A stretch of 64,000 nt of DNA, taken from positions 60,822,001 to 60,886,000 of the forward strand of contig OZ241831.1 in assembly GCA_965202585.1 (NCBI GenBank). The letters run 5' to 3'. The stretch is from Thalia democratica. Its lineage: Eukaryota. Below are positions 1-12,021 of this stretch, one piece after another (position 1 is the first letter of the stretch; each line of letters opens with the position of its first letter). The notes below the pieces were generated by a model, which made no database searches, had not been told where the DNA came from, and worked only from the letters and a program-made list of their open reading frames with translations. A program made the position numbers and the translations under genes.

Positions 1-254
1 ATTACATGTAAAGTTTATTTTAATACACAAAGCTAATCAAAATAGTAATTATTAGAGCTGATTAATTACAAACATATAAACACCAAAAGGAGCATTAAGT
101 AAATAAAGCAACACTATAGTCAAAAATAAATTCATAAATGCTTACAAATTTTACCATACTAACTAATTCAAAACGTGTTGTATATGTGCTGATGGTTTAG
201 TACAGTTTTCAAGCCAACTGACTTTATAAACTGAATAAATCAGTTTAATATAAG

Positions 255-293
255 TCCTCGTTAGTATCGTGGTGAGTATTCCCCGACGGGGAA
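255..293 (+). pseudogene. Internally deleted tRNA-Asp(GTC) pseudogene
   Basis: TCCTCGTTAGTATCGTGGTGAGT-ATTCCCCGACGGGGA: both ends of tRNA-Asp (compare 17985-18056) with the anticodon arm and most of the T arm removed between two ATTCCC repeats. TATAAA at 225 and a downstream T-run are retained. Confidence 0.9.
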
Positions 294-1099
294 GTTTTTT
301 GTATAAAATATTTAATTTTCTTTTTTACTTATCAATTTTTGAAATAACTATAATAAATGTAGTTCTGTAATAAAATACTATTATGCCTCTTTATAGTTAC
401 AAATTTTGCACGACAAAATTATTTACACTTTTTTAAAAACTAAACAACTTAACGTGCAGTTAAAGTCTATGTATAAATATAAACAGATTTTGTAAATATA
501 ATTTAGCATAAGGTACATAATATGGTTAAAAAAGCAATTATACTTCAAACTAATCACTGCTTTTTCAGCTTACCAAAGCAGTAACAATTGTATGAAAATT
601 ACAATATTTAACAAATAAGATTATTGTTATTGTGACATAATTTACTTAATTTACTGTAAAGTACAGGATATTTAAATATAATTATAAATGTACAAATTAT
701 CAAATTTAAACACTTTAATAAAAATAAACTCATTCTTGTATTAATAAACTGTCAAAACAAACAAAAAAATAATCATAACTTTAATAATTTTAAAAAATAC
801 TAATAGTTAATAATCAATATACATATAATAAATCCGAATTGTTTAAGTTTTTATTCTGTCAATTACATTTTTATTAAAAAAGTCTTTTTTGTCAAAACAA
901 TTTACATGTTTTCTATTTTAGCGCACTACATGCTTTCATCAGCAATACTTGTGTTCAATATAAAGCAATATAAAAAATATATAAACAACATGTATTTATA
1001 TATATAGAAAATAATGTAATTAAATAAACTTCAACACTTTCCACAGAGCCCACTTGATGGGCTTTTAAATAATTTATTATGAAAAGCAATTTAAAAAAA

Positions 1100-1141
1100 A
1101 ACATACGTTTCATAAAGCTAAATGCTTAAATCTTCAGCTAG
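1100..1141 (-). ncRNA. Degenerate minimal type I hammerhead ribozyme-like motif
   Basis: Minus strand CTAG-CTGAAGA-T-ttaagc-attta-gcttta-T-GAAAC-gtat-GT-T; homologous to the better copy at 61945-62001. Stem I is weak here. Confidence 0.4.
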
Positions 1142-1212
1142 TACGATTTGAAATAAATAGCACTTTGCTATACAATGATAAAAAAGTTATACAAAAAAAC
1201 AAAAAGATTATG

Positions 1213-2207
1213 CATGGTTGCCACTGATCAAGCTGAGAAAAATTTCCTGACTTTTCCTGACTTTTTCCTGACTTTATAACAAAATTTTCCTGACTTTTCC
1301 AAAACAAACTCTTAAAACAATTTTTTTTTTTAAATACATAATCTAACACTTAAAACTATATAAAGCTTTCACTCCAATTTTAATACAGGTTAAAAACAAC
1401 ATTTTTTGCTGAATTCTATCATCAAACTTCCAGTACATCACTTAGACCATCTGTGTATGATTGATGTTTGTAATAAACAGCTCTATCAGCAAAATACTTG
1501 TATTATTACCTTATAAACACAGCTTGTTTGAAAAACGACACAACTTTTTAGCATTTCCTAGCATAAATGTATCTAGATAAACAAAGGACATATAAGGAAC
1601 TTTTACAATTAAACCTTGAATTAATAACGAATTTTCACAACTAAAATCTAAAACAATAAAAATTTTTACAGTTGAAACCTTAAAACAATAAAGAACTTAA
1701 TCAAATCCTGTTTTTTTAAATGTATGTACTTTGATAAAACACTTTGATTCTAAAATTATGCTAGATAAACTTTTGTGTATATACCACAGTTTCACTATGG
1801 AAGTGTCCTTGCTACAGATCATCAATACTAAAAAGCTTACAAAATCTGCTTGTTCAAGTAGGGTACTTGTTCAATATGTTAATAGAAAATTTTTGCAGTT
1901 TTATAAAGGATATTTTACTAATCTATACCAGATAAAGGCATTGGAAATAAAATTAAATATTTTTGTAATTTATAGGAAAATTTTGGAATTTTTTTCTGAC
2001 TTTAAATGACTTTTAACTAATTTTTACCATTTGAAGGCTTTGGAAAACAAGGAACTTTGTAAATTTTAACTGACAAAATCTGACTTTTTTTTTTATTTTA
2101 TCAAATTTCCTGACTTTTTTTCAAAACCCCCCATTTTTTCCTGACTTTTGTCATTTTTTTAAACTTTTCCTGATTTCCTGACTTTTCCTGACCGAGTGGC
2201 AACCCTG
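1213..2207. mobile_element. Non-autonomous hAT-like DNA transposon
   Basis: TIRs CATGGTTGCCACT and AGTGGCAACCCTG, many subterminal TCCTGACT repeats, flanking 6-mers ATTATG (1207) and ACTATG (2208). The homologous site near 61566 lacks the element and has a single AGTATG. Confidence 0.8.
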
Positions 2208-2866
2208 ACTATGACGTATTTATTAAATATTGTACAGTACAAATATTCAGTACAAAAATTAATCTTTCAACCAAACAAAAATTAAAATTCACAAAACTAC
2301 AATTACATGACTGTGAAGTATTTTACAATTTATTGTATTTCAATAGAAGCATTTTTATATGTCGACAAGACGATATAAATTCAGTCCTTTTATTTAAACA
2401 ACCTTTATTTTTCAACGCATACACAACGGCCGTTGATTCTTTTAAACACAGCCTGCAAACAGGCTTATTACCACCTGCTATTGGCTTTTTATCACCTCAA
2501 AAGTTATTCTAAAATCAATGTTTTTGCGCTTTAGGTCACAAACATACTTTGAAAGCTCAGTCTCATTTTCATATAAATGATTAGCATATCGGAGTCTGAA
2601 CTGAGTTGAGCCAATGTAGAACTTCTTTTCAAGGTCAGACTTAACTATTGCCTTGTAAATAATGTTCCCTAAACGGCAATTGCTTATTTTCAAATTTTAC
2701 TTGCAGCCACCAGCGCAATTGTATTGATTCTGGATTAGCTTACTTATAAGATATATATACATATATATGTAAAAAAAAAAAGAAAATGTGAGCTCCATTT
2801 CAAAACAGTCAACTAGCTCACTCATTTATACAGTTTATAACCACAATATACAGCACCCTATCACAA

Positions 2867-2939
2867 GTTTCCGTAGTGTAGCGGTTATCACGTTCGCCTA
2901 ACACGCGAAAGGTCCCCGGTTCGAGCCCGGGCGGAAACA
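2867..2939 (+). tRNA. tRNA-Val(AAC)
   Basis: 73-nt cloverleaf GTTTCCG...CGGAAACA, anticodon arm TTCGC-CT-AAC-AC-GCGAA, TATAA at -31, T-run after. Absent from the right arm. Confidence 0.97.
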
Positions 2940-3236
2940 TTTTGGGTGTGCTTATTATCGTAAGTACGAAATGTTACAATAAAAATTATAAATAAGGTTT
3001 GTTGAGCACAAAGAAGTATTTATTTATATCAATCTGTACTAAAATTTTTCTTTACACCTCCAAAACTAAAACACGTATAAATAAAACTTTAGAGTGTTAA
3101 TTTTTTATTAACATGTTAATTAATAGTATTGGAAATTTAAACGCTGTTTTGAAAATAGGTAACTGTATACTTAAAAACTAGTTGCTAAATTAAGTATGAT
3201 AAACATCTTATTCCATATACAACTTAAAAGAGGATG

Positions 3237-3309
3237 CGCCCAACGTGGGGCTCGAACCCACGACCGTTGGATTAAGAGTCCAACGCTCTACCGACTGAGC
3301 TAGCCGGGC
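3237..3309 (-). tRNA. tRNA-Lys(CTT)
   Basis: GCCCGGC...GTTGGGCG, anticodon arm TTGGA-CT-CTT-AA-TCCAA; one of four identical copies. Confidence 0.97.
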
Positions 3310-3393
3310 ACGTTAGAAATAAACTTTTTGAGTTTATAAAGCCTTTGTGACGATGCTATGACGTAATAATGCATTGACTCACGTCAAAAAATC

Positions 3394-3465
3394 GGGCTCG
3401 TCCGGGATTTGAACCCGGGACCTCTCGCACCCAAAGCGAGAATCATACCCCTAGACCAACGAGCC
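3394..3465 (-). tRNA. tRNA-Pro(TGG)
   Basis: GGCTCGT...ACGAGCCC, anticodon arm CTCGC-TT-TGG-GT-GCGAG, 72 nt. Confidence 0.97.
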
Positions 3466-3647
3466 GCTTGTTTAAGAGGATATATTCAACATTATATTTT
3501 TCAAAAACTGCTGTCTATGACGTAATAATCCAGTTGTAAGCTCAATGTTTAGCTGCTGGTTATTCGATTGCTATATTTATGGTTTAAACTTAAGCTTTTA
3601 CTTGATCAGTTTGAAATGCGCTTGTGTGCTATTGACTACATTGTTAA

Positions 3648-4352
3648 GGCCATAGGGGGGGGTAGACCATGTTTTTTACAAGTTGATCTTATTTTATAGA
3701 GTTTTTACTAAGCTTCAAGATGCTTTTTACCGTTTTTAAAAATTCGAATTAGTTTTTGAGATATGACCAGCCAAAGTCGGGCCGCATAACAGGTTCCTTA
3801 TGGGGAAGGAAAACTAAAACGGCGAAAAAAGACTAATTCATTCAAAATCTATCTCCTCCTTCATTTTTTAAGCAATCTTCTTCAAACTTTCACAGTCTAT
3901 TCTTTATACAATAACAAAAAAACGTTATTTGTGACTTTAAAAAATTTCAAGTAAAAATACCTTTTTTTTGTAATTTTATGACAAAAATTAAAAAAAAAAG
4001 TGAATTTTCATCAAAAAAAATTTTTTTTTACAAAAAAAAGGTATTTTTACTTGAAATTTTTTAAAGTCACAAATAACGTTTTTTTGTTATTGTATAAAGA
4101 ATAGACTGTGAAAGTTTGAAGAAGATTGCTTAAAAAATGAAGGAGGAGATAGATTTTGAATGAATTAGTCTTTTTTCGCCGTTTTAGTTTTCCTTCCCCA
4201 TAAGGAACCTGTTATGCGGCCCGACTTTGGCCGGTCATATCTCAAAAACTAATTTGAATTTTTAAAAACGGTAAAAAGCATCTTGAAGCTTAGTAAAAAC
4301 TCTATAAAATAAGATCAACTTGTAAAAAACATGGTCTACCCCCCCTATGGCC
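3648..4352. mobile_element. Palindromic Kolobok-type MITE (TTAA target)
   Basis: ~325-bp arms (3648-3973 and 4028-4352) with only a few mismatches. Termini GGCCATAGGGG and CCCCTATGGCC, TTAA on both sides. The mirrored right-arm site has a single TTAA (60426-60429). GG terminus with TTAA fits Kolobok rather than piggyBac. Confidence 0.85.
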
Positions 4353-4368
4353 TTAACACTTATTTATT

Positions 4369-7300
4369 TTAGCTATAAACTATGTACATCATTTCTGAAC
4401 AATAATTGATTTCATACTACAGTATTTTTAATATATTGTTTACAATTTTGTACTGGAAATTCAAGAGCAAAAACAAGCTTATTTCATGTATTTTAATAAC
4501 CAATACTAGTTTAAAACTTTCAACAATTTAATCCACTAACCATTTGTGCTTCTGGCGAAATTTGCTTGTGGGTAAATAATTCTCTTTCTATTCGGAGTGC
4601 TATGTTGTCCATTACTGCTACAACCTAATAAAAAATACTTTGATTTAGTTAACAAATGTTTTAATTATATAACCGAACAAAAAAAACAAAAAGCATGTTT
4701 AATGAAGAAAAAACATTGAATTTAATTTAAAATGAGTTTTCATTAAATATTTTGCATCATTAAATGATCAAGCAAAAAAAAAAACCTTACCATCAATATA
4801 AAGAATTGAACGTATTTAATTTGTCAAAGAAAAGACTTATAAAATATAGTTAAAATTTTTTAAATAAGTTTATATAATTTTCATTTAAAGAAAGTTACAA
4901 ACTGCAAGGTTCATGTATTTTTACTTAAAAACAATTTAAAAAGGACATATAATTTTTAAATTTACTTTCTGATACTTATGTCATATCATAAAAAATATTA
5001 AAATTGTTTATTTTATTATAATTCTTGTGTTATATTAAAGAGTATTAAAAAGAACAAATATAAACAAATTACGTAAATATATGAAATTGTACTTTATGTT
5101 GTATACTCAGGTTTTTGTTCATTGTAATTTAGTTTTAGACTGACAAAATTTATAACTAAAAAACCTGTTACATATTTAAATTAAAAAAAAAAATTAGCGA
5201 TTTAAAGATTTGTTTTTTATTTATTAAAGAATGTCAACTCTTACAACTAGTACTTGTAAAATTTTTATGCATACTGCTTCTAATAACAAAAAACTAACTA
5301 TAACAGATTATAAATTTTAAAATACATATACAAACAAATAATCATTTCACTTAGTTTTACCTACTTATGATTAAACACAAAAAATGTTATTTATTTTTAG
5401 TACTTCACACTGATAATAATAAGGTTCAGCCAAGATAATTGCATTACAACAATATTTCAACACTATAACAGATCTTCAGGCACAAATAAACACATTAAGA
5501 ATAAAAGCATTATAATTCAATGACTAGCAAACTACTGTACTAATAAGTAATAAACGCTTTTACAATTAATCATATACAAAGACAAACAAGCAAAAAGTAA
5601 TCAAAAGTTTTTTTATAATAAGTAGAACTAAGTAAAGTATACATTTGCATTACAACAGTATTTCAATTAGCAGATCTTCAGGCACAAGTAAACATATTTA
5701 CAATAAAAGCATTTATATAACATAAATCAATGAATAGCAAACTACTATACTTATAAATTTTAAATATTTTTACAATAAATTATATACAACGACAAACAAG
5801 CAAAAAGTAATCAAAAGTTATTTGAATTAGTAGATTTAAGTAAAGTATACTTTTCAATTAAAAATAAATTATTTAAAATATATTCAATTAAAAAATATTA
5901 TAAGCAACTAAAAATACAAACACAGCATAACAAAAACTAAAAATTTTCTGGACTTGGATAGATTTTATATAAATTACTACATTAAAAACTATCAGAAAAC
6001 ATTTATTTGGAGAAAATTATGATAAACAAATTAAAGGAAATATAAGTCCTATTTTTTACAAAAACAACTATTCAGCCTTTTCTATTTACTATCCCCAGTT
6101 AATGTTGAGAAACTAAACTATCTAATTATTTTAAATATGTATTTAGAATATGACCATGTGAAACTTTTTGAAAAAAACAAAAAGGCGACCATGACGGGAC
6201 TCGAACCCGCAATCCCTCGATTCGAAGTCGAGTGCCTTATCCATTAGGCCACACGGCCGGTCTATTGAGAAGGGACATACGCATTTATAAATGCGCTTGT
6301 TTGGCTGAATACTCTCAAATAAAGCTCTGCATAGCAAATTTATGTGAGTAAAAGTTATTACTCACTTTTTTCAATTTCTCTCGTATTAAAGCGGCTTGCT
6401 AGCAATGCTAAGTTTGCTGTTTCTCTATGTAGTTGCAGAAACAAAATTTTATCTTAAATGATTTTAATTTAAATGTCATGTAAGGCATTATTGTGTTTAA
6501 ATATGCCAATTTATTAATTTTTAAGGTGGAGATGTTATACTACAAAAATAACCTTTAAGTTACTTTTCGAACTTTTTTTTGGAACTCTTATTATCAAATA
6601 TAAAATTAACAGATTTAATTTTACTATACAGTCTTTAACGAACTTACTTTTTTTTAATTCTGTTTAACTTAAATTAAACTTATAAGCTGATATTATAAAC
6701 TTTGTAAAAAGCATTTTTTTAATGATAAGAAAGTATAAGTTAGTAGTTTAATTTTCATTTTTGTAAATACTTATTATACTTCTATATACAATTTTCTAAT
6801 TCAAATTTGCTTCTATCGTAAAATTAATTATAGCTTCATATGTTAAAAACCTTTAACTTTACATAAAACTTTTTAAACTTATTTTATATTTATTTTTTGA
6901 CAGCTTATTTTACAATTCAAAATTGATAAAAGTTAACATCAATAATAAACTTAACATATATCAAATTATTTTTTAAATTATACATGCTATGAATATGATC
7001 AGATATGTTCAACAATAAAATAAGTATAAAGATAACTGCTGAAAACAATATTTTTAAGTAAAGTCAATCATATAGCTTTTTTTTTTTTGCAATAAGTGTT
7101 TTAACTTTATAAAATTAAAATCTTAGCAATCAAACTTCAATAGAAAGGAAATAATCTACTTTGTTGTAAGCAAAAACATTTATAGCAAATAAAAAGCAGA
7201 ACAATTTTAACATAGAAAGTATAAAAATCAAATAACTTAAAGATTAAAGTTATTTAAATATACGTAAAGATAAAATACATACCATTATAAATTAAAACAG

Positions 7301-10300
7301 ACAAGTTTATTTATTTGAAAGCATCGGGGTAAAAGTACGCATTACTTATAGATCAGAAAAAGTAGGGAAATATTTCTCCCTAAAAGATTCAATAAGTAGC
7401 TTGTATCAGAGTTGTCTTGTCTATAAATTTATGTGTCCAGGAGATCTGAACAACCAGTACATTGGTGAGACAGAAAGACAATTTTTCGTCAGAATTAAAG
7501 AACATGTGACCCCAACCAACAGTGCGGTGTTTAAACATATTGAAAATTGTGTATTTTGTACTAATTGTAAAAATATTTATAATTGTTTCAAGGTTATAAA
7601 AACGTGCACTTCGTATAATGAATTATTATCTTCTGAAGCTCTACTCATAAAAAAATTCCAGCCAAATTTGAATAATCAGCTTGGTCCTGATAAAGGATCA
7701 AGAGTAACTATTAATGTGTTTAAATAATCCATTTTGTTTTAATTGTTTATAAAAATCCATTTTTGTTAATTACTTGTCGTTTTAATTAGTTGTGTTTTTT
7801 ACAAATGATATAATTTCACTCAATTTATTTTGTCTTAGTTTAACTAGAGAGTGTTTAGTATTTTGATAAGGGAATATGGACATTCCGAAAGCGCTTAAGT
7901 TTTAATAAAGTTTATAATGAAAAAATTTGTTTGTCTTGTAGTTAAATGGTACTTAATTGCATTAAAAGGTCTAAATATATCTGAAGTTTATTTTAGTTTA
8001 GCAGTTATAGTTACTAAAATCGCAACTACTATTTTTCGATACATTTTTAAATAAAATAAAAGTTACATTTTCTTAAAGAGCTACTTTTAAGTAGAAACAA
8101 AACTGTAAGAAAAAAATGACTTTATTAGTTTACTTTATATATATATATATTACTATACATATTGTTTCAGCTACAAAAATCACTAGAATAATTTTCTAAT
8201 TTATTCATAAATAAGTTTGTTTCAAACAGCAATGTTTGTAGCATTGAAACCCAAAATAAAGAATTAACTTTTCATGTCAAATTTATGTTCTTGTAAAATA
8301 TATATGAAACATTGACAGCAGAGTCCCATGACAATTTTTTAAATAAACTATAACATCATGGAACTATTTGTCTTACCCTACACAAAAAAATCTTTACTAT
8401 AATGTGATTTCCTCAAAGTACTTATATGCAAGTAACATTAAACCTTGAAAATTAATTTAGGTTAATAACCTTAGTTAATCTAAACAAATATCATTGCATA
8501 AAAAAGAACTTTTGCTAAAATGAATACTTCAAATAATAATTGCTTAATTTAGCAATTACATATACAATAATTAAATTATTACAACTAAAAATATAAGCTT
8601 TTATAGGTTCTCACTAAAGTATTCTTCTTTTTTTTACAATTGGTATAAAATTACAACATTAAAACGTAAATAAAATGTAATACTAAAACAATCATCTAAC
8701 ACAACAAAATCATACCTAGTACGTTGTAAGCAGGTTCCTGTTGAGAACACACGAATCTTCTGTTCTTGAAGTGGTTGGTGATGCTGGGTGTTCTACTGTG
8801 TAACTTGCTAATATGAGGAGACTGGTGCCTACTGTGAAGCTTCATGTGAGGACTCACTTGCCTGCTGTGGAGTTTGTTCCTCATCTTCTGCGTTGTGAAG
8901 TTCATCTTCAGTTTTTGAAGTTCCCTGTTCTTCTCACCCACTGATGCCAGTAACTGTATGAATGAAACAGTTAAAAACTCATAAACAAAAACGAAAATAA
9001 ACGGTTTTGGTACTAATGTATAACTAGATAAGAGTAGTTTATAATAAATATTTTTGTGTATTTTTTAAAAAAGGAACACAATATTTTTAATTCTTCCAGT
9101 AACTGTTTAATGGGAATGGTTGTAGATTTTTTTGTAAACAATATATAACAGTAGTTTTCAACCTTAAAAAAATTTTTTGATTTGTGTAAACCAAAAAGGT
9201 TTTAGTTTCCAGACTTTATTTAGTTTATATTCTTTAAAATATTCATATTTGGATATGTTTAAACCAACTAATATTTCATATACAAAGAAGATTTATATGT
9301 ATAAGACAAACATTGTTAAAATTTTAGATTTGTTAACCAATAAATTATTTAACCATTATTTAAAATATAATCATATTTGAAACTTAATTCAAATTAAAAT
9401 AAATATTAACAAATTGATACTTTGAAATTCAATAAATTTAACATAAACATCTAACACATGATTAAGTGATTTCTCATCAAAATATAAGTTTTAATGCCTT
9501 TAAACCTTATCTACTAAAATTGTCATTTTGTTTGATTTTTATAAAACACTAACCTCACTGTGGCTAGTTTTAACAGACTTGAGTTCTTTCGATTGATCAG
9601 TGAGTTTTTGTGACAAAGAAATATTTTCATCCTTCAAGCTTGTAAAAGCGTGAGCGTATTTCTTTTCTATTTGCTCTATTTTTGCCTTGTAACTTTCTAT
9701 GATGTGGTCCTGAAAAAATGTAAATTGTTCAAGACATTTAATTCAAGAGACTTTTTAAATTTATTGAAATTAAATTTAATTTTATGAATATATAATATTT
9801 TGTACCTCTACTGTACAACCTATTATAAAAATTAGTCAACAGTAAAACATTTACAATGGTTATAAAAAATTTGAAATACTAATTAATCTTTATAATATTT
9901 AAAATCACATATATGAGACTAAAATTAGCTAAAACTTCATTTTGTAAATTATTAAAATCTAATAACTAATTTAAAAATTTTTTAACTTTTATAATAATCA
10001 CATAAATAAATAAAAAATTAAATAAAAAAACAAATAAAATATAAGTATTGAAACTGTGTTCATTCATATAAATTTTATACTTATTCAAAATGTAAAAACT
10101 AACATGCTGTATTGAGAATGTAATAAAAACAACAAACCTTATACAGGGAGTCTTGGGTGGTCTGAAATATCCAAAAGTTCATGGCTCTGGTGCAAATGTC
10201 CATGATGACATCTGGTTTGTGGCCAACCAGGGACATGGTCTTGTACCCTTCACTTGGGTTTAGGTTGACCCTGACAAACTCGTATTCCTCCCCCTTCATT

Positions 10301-11304
10301 ACGTGGCCACACACTGGACACTTGTGCTGTTGTACTGTTTGATTGTAAAAAGTATATTTAAATATGTTATATATAAAGTACAAAATTATACACTACAACT
10401 ATGTGCTGTTGCACAGTGAAATTATAAGATTTTGAAATACTTCTATTATAATATATTTCTATTGATGTTATAAGAAATATTTCAAACAATTAAATAAGTA
10501 ATCGAACACGAATAGCCTAGAAAAAGCAACATGTGTGTAGTTTAAAATATTATAATTAGAATAAGATGTAAAAAAAGCAAATTTACAATGAATATAAGCT
10601 TTTTTTTGTATATATAAGGTGTAATAAAGCTTACAAGGCTAGTTTAAAATATATGGAATGGAAATAAAGCCAAATATAAAAATTTTAAATTACTTGGTGA
10701 TGAAATTATACTTCTAAAAACAAAAGACATCAGATTTAGGCAAATATTTGTAGAGCTAAAGAAGAGGCAGGTATATAGCTAGACAAAATTAAGGTACTTC
10801 AAAACAATGTAAAACAACAACGTTTTGCATATCTTTTTTACTGTTATGCTTTAGCTAAACGTACTTTAAACAAATTGTATTTAGATGAAACCAATTCTTA
10901 ATCTAAAATTTAGATTTGAAACACTAAAATTGTTGAAGTAACATTAGATATATTTATTTTAAAAACATTTTGATGGTCAAATAAGTTTATACCCAAATTT
11001 AAAATAGCTCTACTTTTAAATATGTATACATTGGACAGCACAAAGCTATTTTAAAAATATAGCTTTTCTAAAACAAAACCTAAACAAAAAATACTACCAA
11101 ATTAAAAATCATTCAAAAAAAGCGCAATTCAAATCATGCTGCAAAGCACACATGTGTAGTAAGTAGTAGCAATTGTATTTTCTCACCTAAAAACTTGTTG
11201 CCGTGCTCATTGCAGAAAATGTGTGAGCAGCAAGTCACCCAAGCGTGACCGTTTGACAGCGGCTTGCCACACTCTCTCAAATTGCACTTCAGTTCGCAGT
11301 CCAT
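4369..11304 (-). CDS. HEI10: HEI10/CCNB1IP1 meiotic RING E3 ligase, apparently intact (~272 aa predicted)
   Basis: Exons 11304-11187 (MDCELKCNLRECGKPLSNGHAWVTCCSHIFCNEHG), 10334-10138 (CPVC...NPSEGYKTMSLVG.KPDVIMDICTRAMNFWIFQ), 9709-9554 and 8953-8716 (EKNRELQKL), then probable 4624-4541 and 4394-4369. All junctions are GT-AG with matching phases (1,0,0,1,1); total 819 nt. Motifs match CCNB1IP1 (AWVT.CSHIFC..HG, LSPSEEYK.M.L.G, AL.FW.YQ). The last two exons are less certain; an alternative end is TAG at 8696. Confidence 0.88.
5440..5850. repeat. Diverged ~205-bp tandem duplication, left arm only
   Basis: TTGCATTACAACA...CAGATCTTCAGGCACAA...GACAAACAAGCAAAAAGTAATCAAAAGTT...AAGTAAAGTATAC occurs twice in tandem. 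The right arm (~59190-59400) has one copy. Confidence 0.75.
6186..6258 (-). tRNA. tRNA-Arg(TCG)
   Basis: GGCCGTG...CATGGTCG, anticodon arm CTCGA-CT-TCG-AA-TCGAG; lies in predicted HEI10 intron 4. Confidence 0.97.
7310..7975 (+). mobile_element. 5-prime-truncated Penelope-like retroelement (GIY-YIG C-terminus)
   Basis: ORF 7401-7727: LVYKFMCPG...YIGETERQFFVRIKEH...EALLIKKFQPNLNNQ. The tail has GGAAT-atggac-ATTCC-GAAAGCGC. Absent from the mirrored right-arm position (~50900). Boundaries are approximate. Confidence 0.85.
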
Positions 11305-11902
11305 TGTTAAAAGTTAATTTTTTATTTGCTAGTTCTGTGAAGTGGTAAAATATTAACGGTTGCACTTAACAAAAGAATGGTTTACAATGAAGTTTTCATT
11401 TAAACAACATTTGGAGGTTTTGATATTAACTATTTAAATAAAAACATTTAAATGTTGCTATTTTTTCAATTAAATAAATACTTTTTTTCCATTTATAAGT
11501 AAAAATTTGATTTTTCAACAGCTAAACTTGTACAATTTTAAACAAAAAAAGTAAGCAGTCTTCGCAAATTTGTAAATATTTGTCAGTAAAATTGTTTATT
11601 AAATTGACTTTACATGATAATTTCATTAATCTATGCTTAAAAAAGCTAACATATATTATTTATTAATAAGATGTTGAAATGTTTAAAAAGTTGTTTAAGT
11701 TAACAGTGAAGTCTTTTAATATCTTTTATGTATTTCAACTTGTAATTAATTTTAATACAATGCACTTCATAAACTTAAGCTTAAATAGTTATAAACTTTT
11801 TTATAAAAATAAAGTAAAAACTTTAAAGGTACAAAATACAATTTTTAAAATTCTAACTTGTTAAAGGTACTATTAAAAACACTAGAAAAGTACATAAAAA
11901 TG

Positions 11903-12021
11903 TGTCAGAAGTGGGATTCGAACCCACGCCCACAATTGTGGACCAGAACACTCAGCATTGCATAGCAATGAAGCATTATTCCGCTTGAGTCTGGCGCCTT
12001 AGACCACTCGGCCATCCTGAC
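11903..12021 (-). tRNA. tRNA-Leu(CAA) with ~35-nt intron
   Basis: GTCAGGA...TTCTGACA; CCAGA-CT-CAA-G, then intron, then TTCTGG; long variable arm. Confidence 0.95.

Larger units (their letters stand above)
1005..2750 (-). mobile_element. Penelope-like retroelement 3-prime remnant (degenerate GIY-YIG endonuclease plus 3-prime tail), interrupted by a hAT element
   Basis: The minus strand 2340-2750 reads NIIYKA...FYIGST...RYANH and, after frameshifts, CRLCLKE...CLNKRTEFISSCRH, typical of the PLE GIY-YIG C-terminus. (TA)n runs lie on both sides (~995-1006, ~2751-2768) and the tail has a hammerhead-like motif. Boundaries are approximate. Confidence 0.75.

Noticed and set aside
5395-5465. Conserved island that could be another HEI10 exon
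   Set aside because: No convincing donor, and the six-exon model is already phase-consistent without it.
7862-7900. Hammerhead-like GGAAT/ATTCC-GAAAGCGC in the second Penelope tail
   Set aside because: Core reads TTGATAAG rather than CTGANGA and stem I does not pair; at best a decayed motif.
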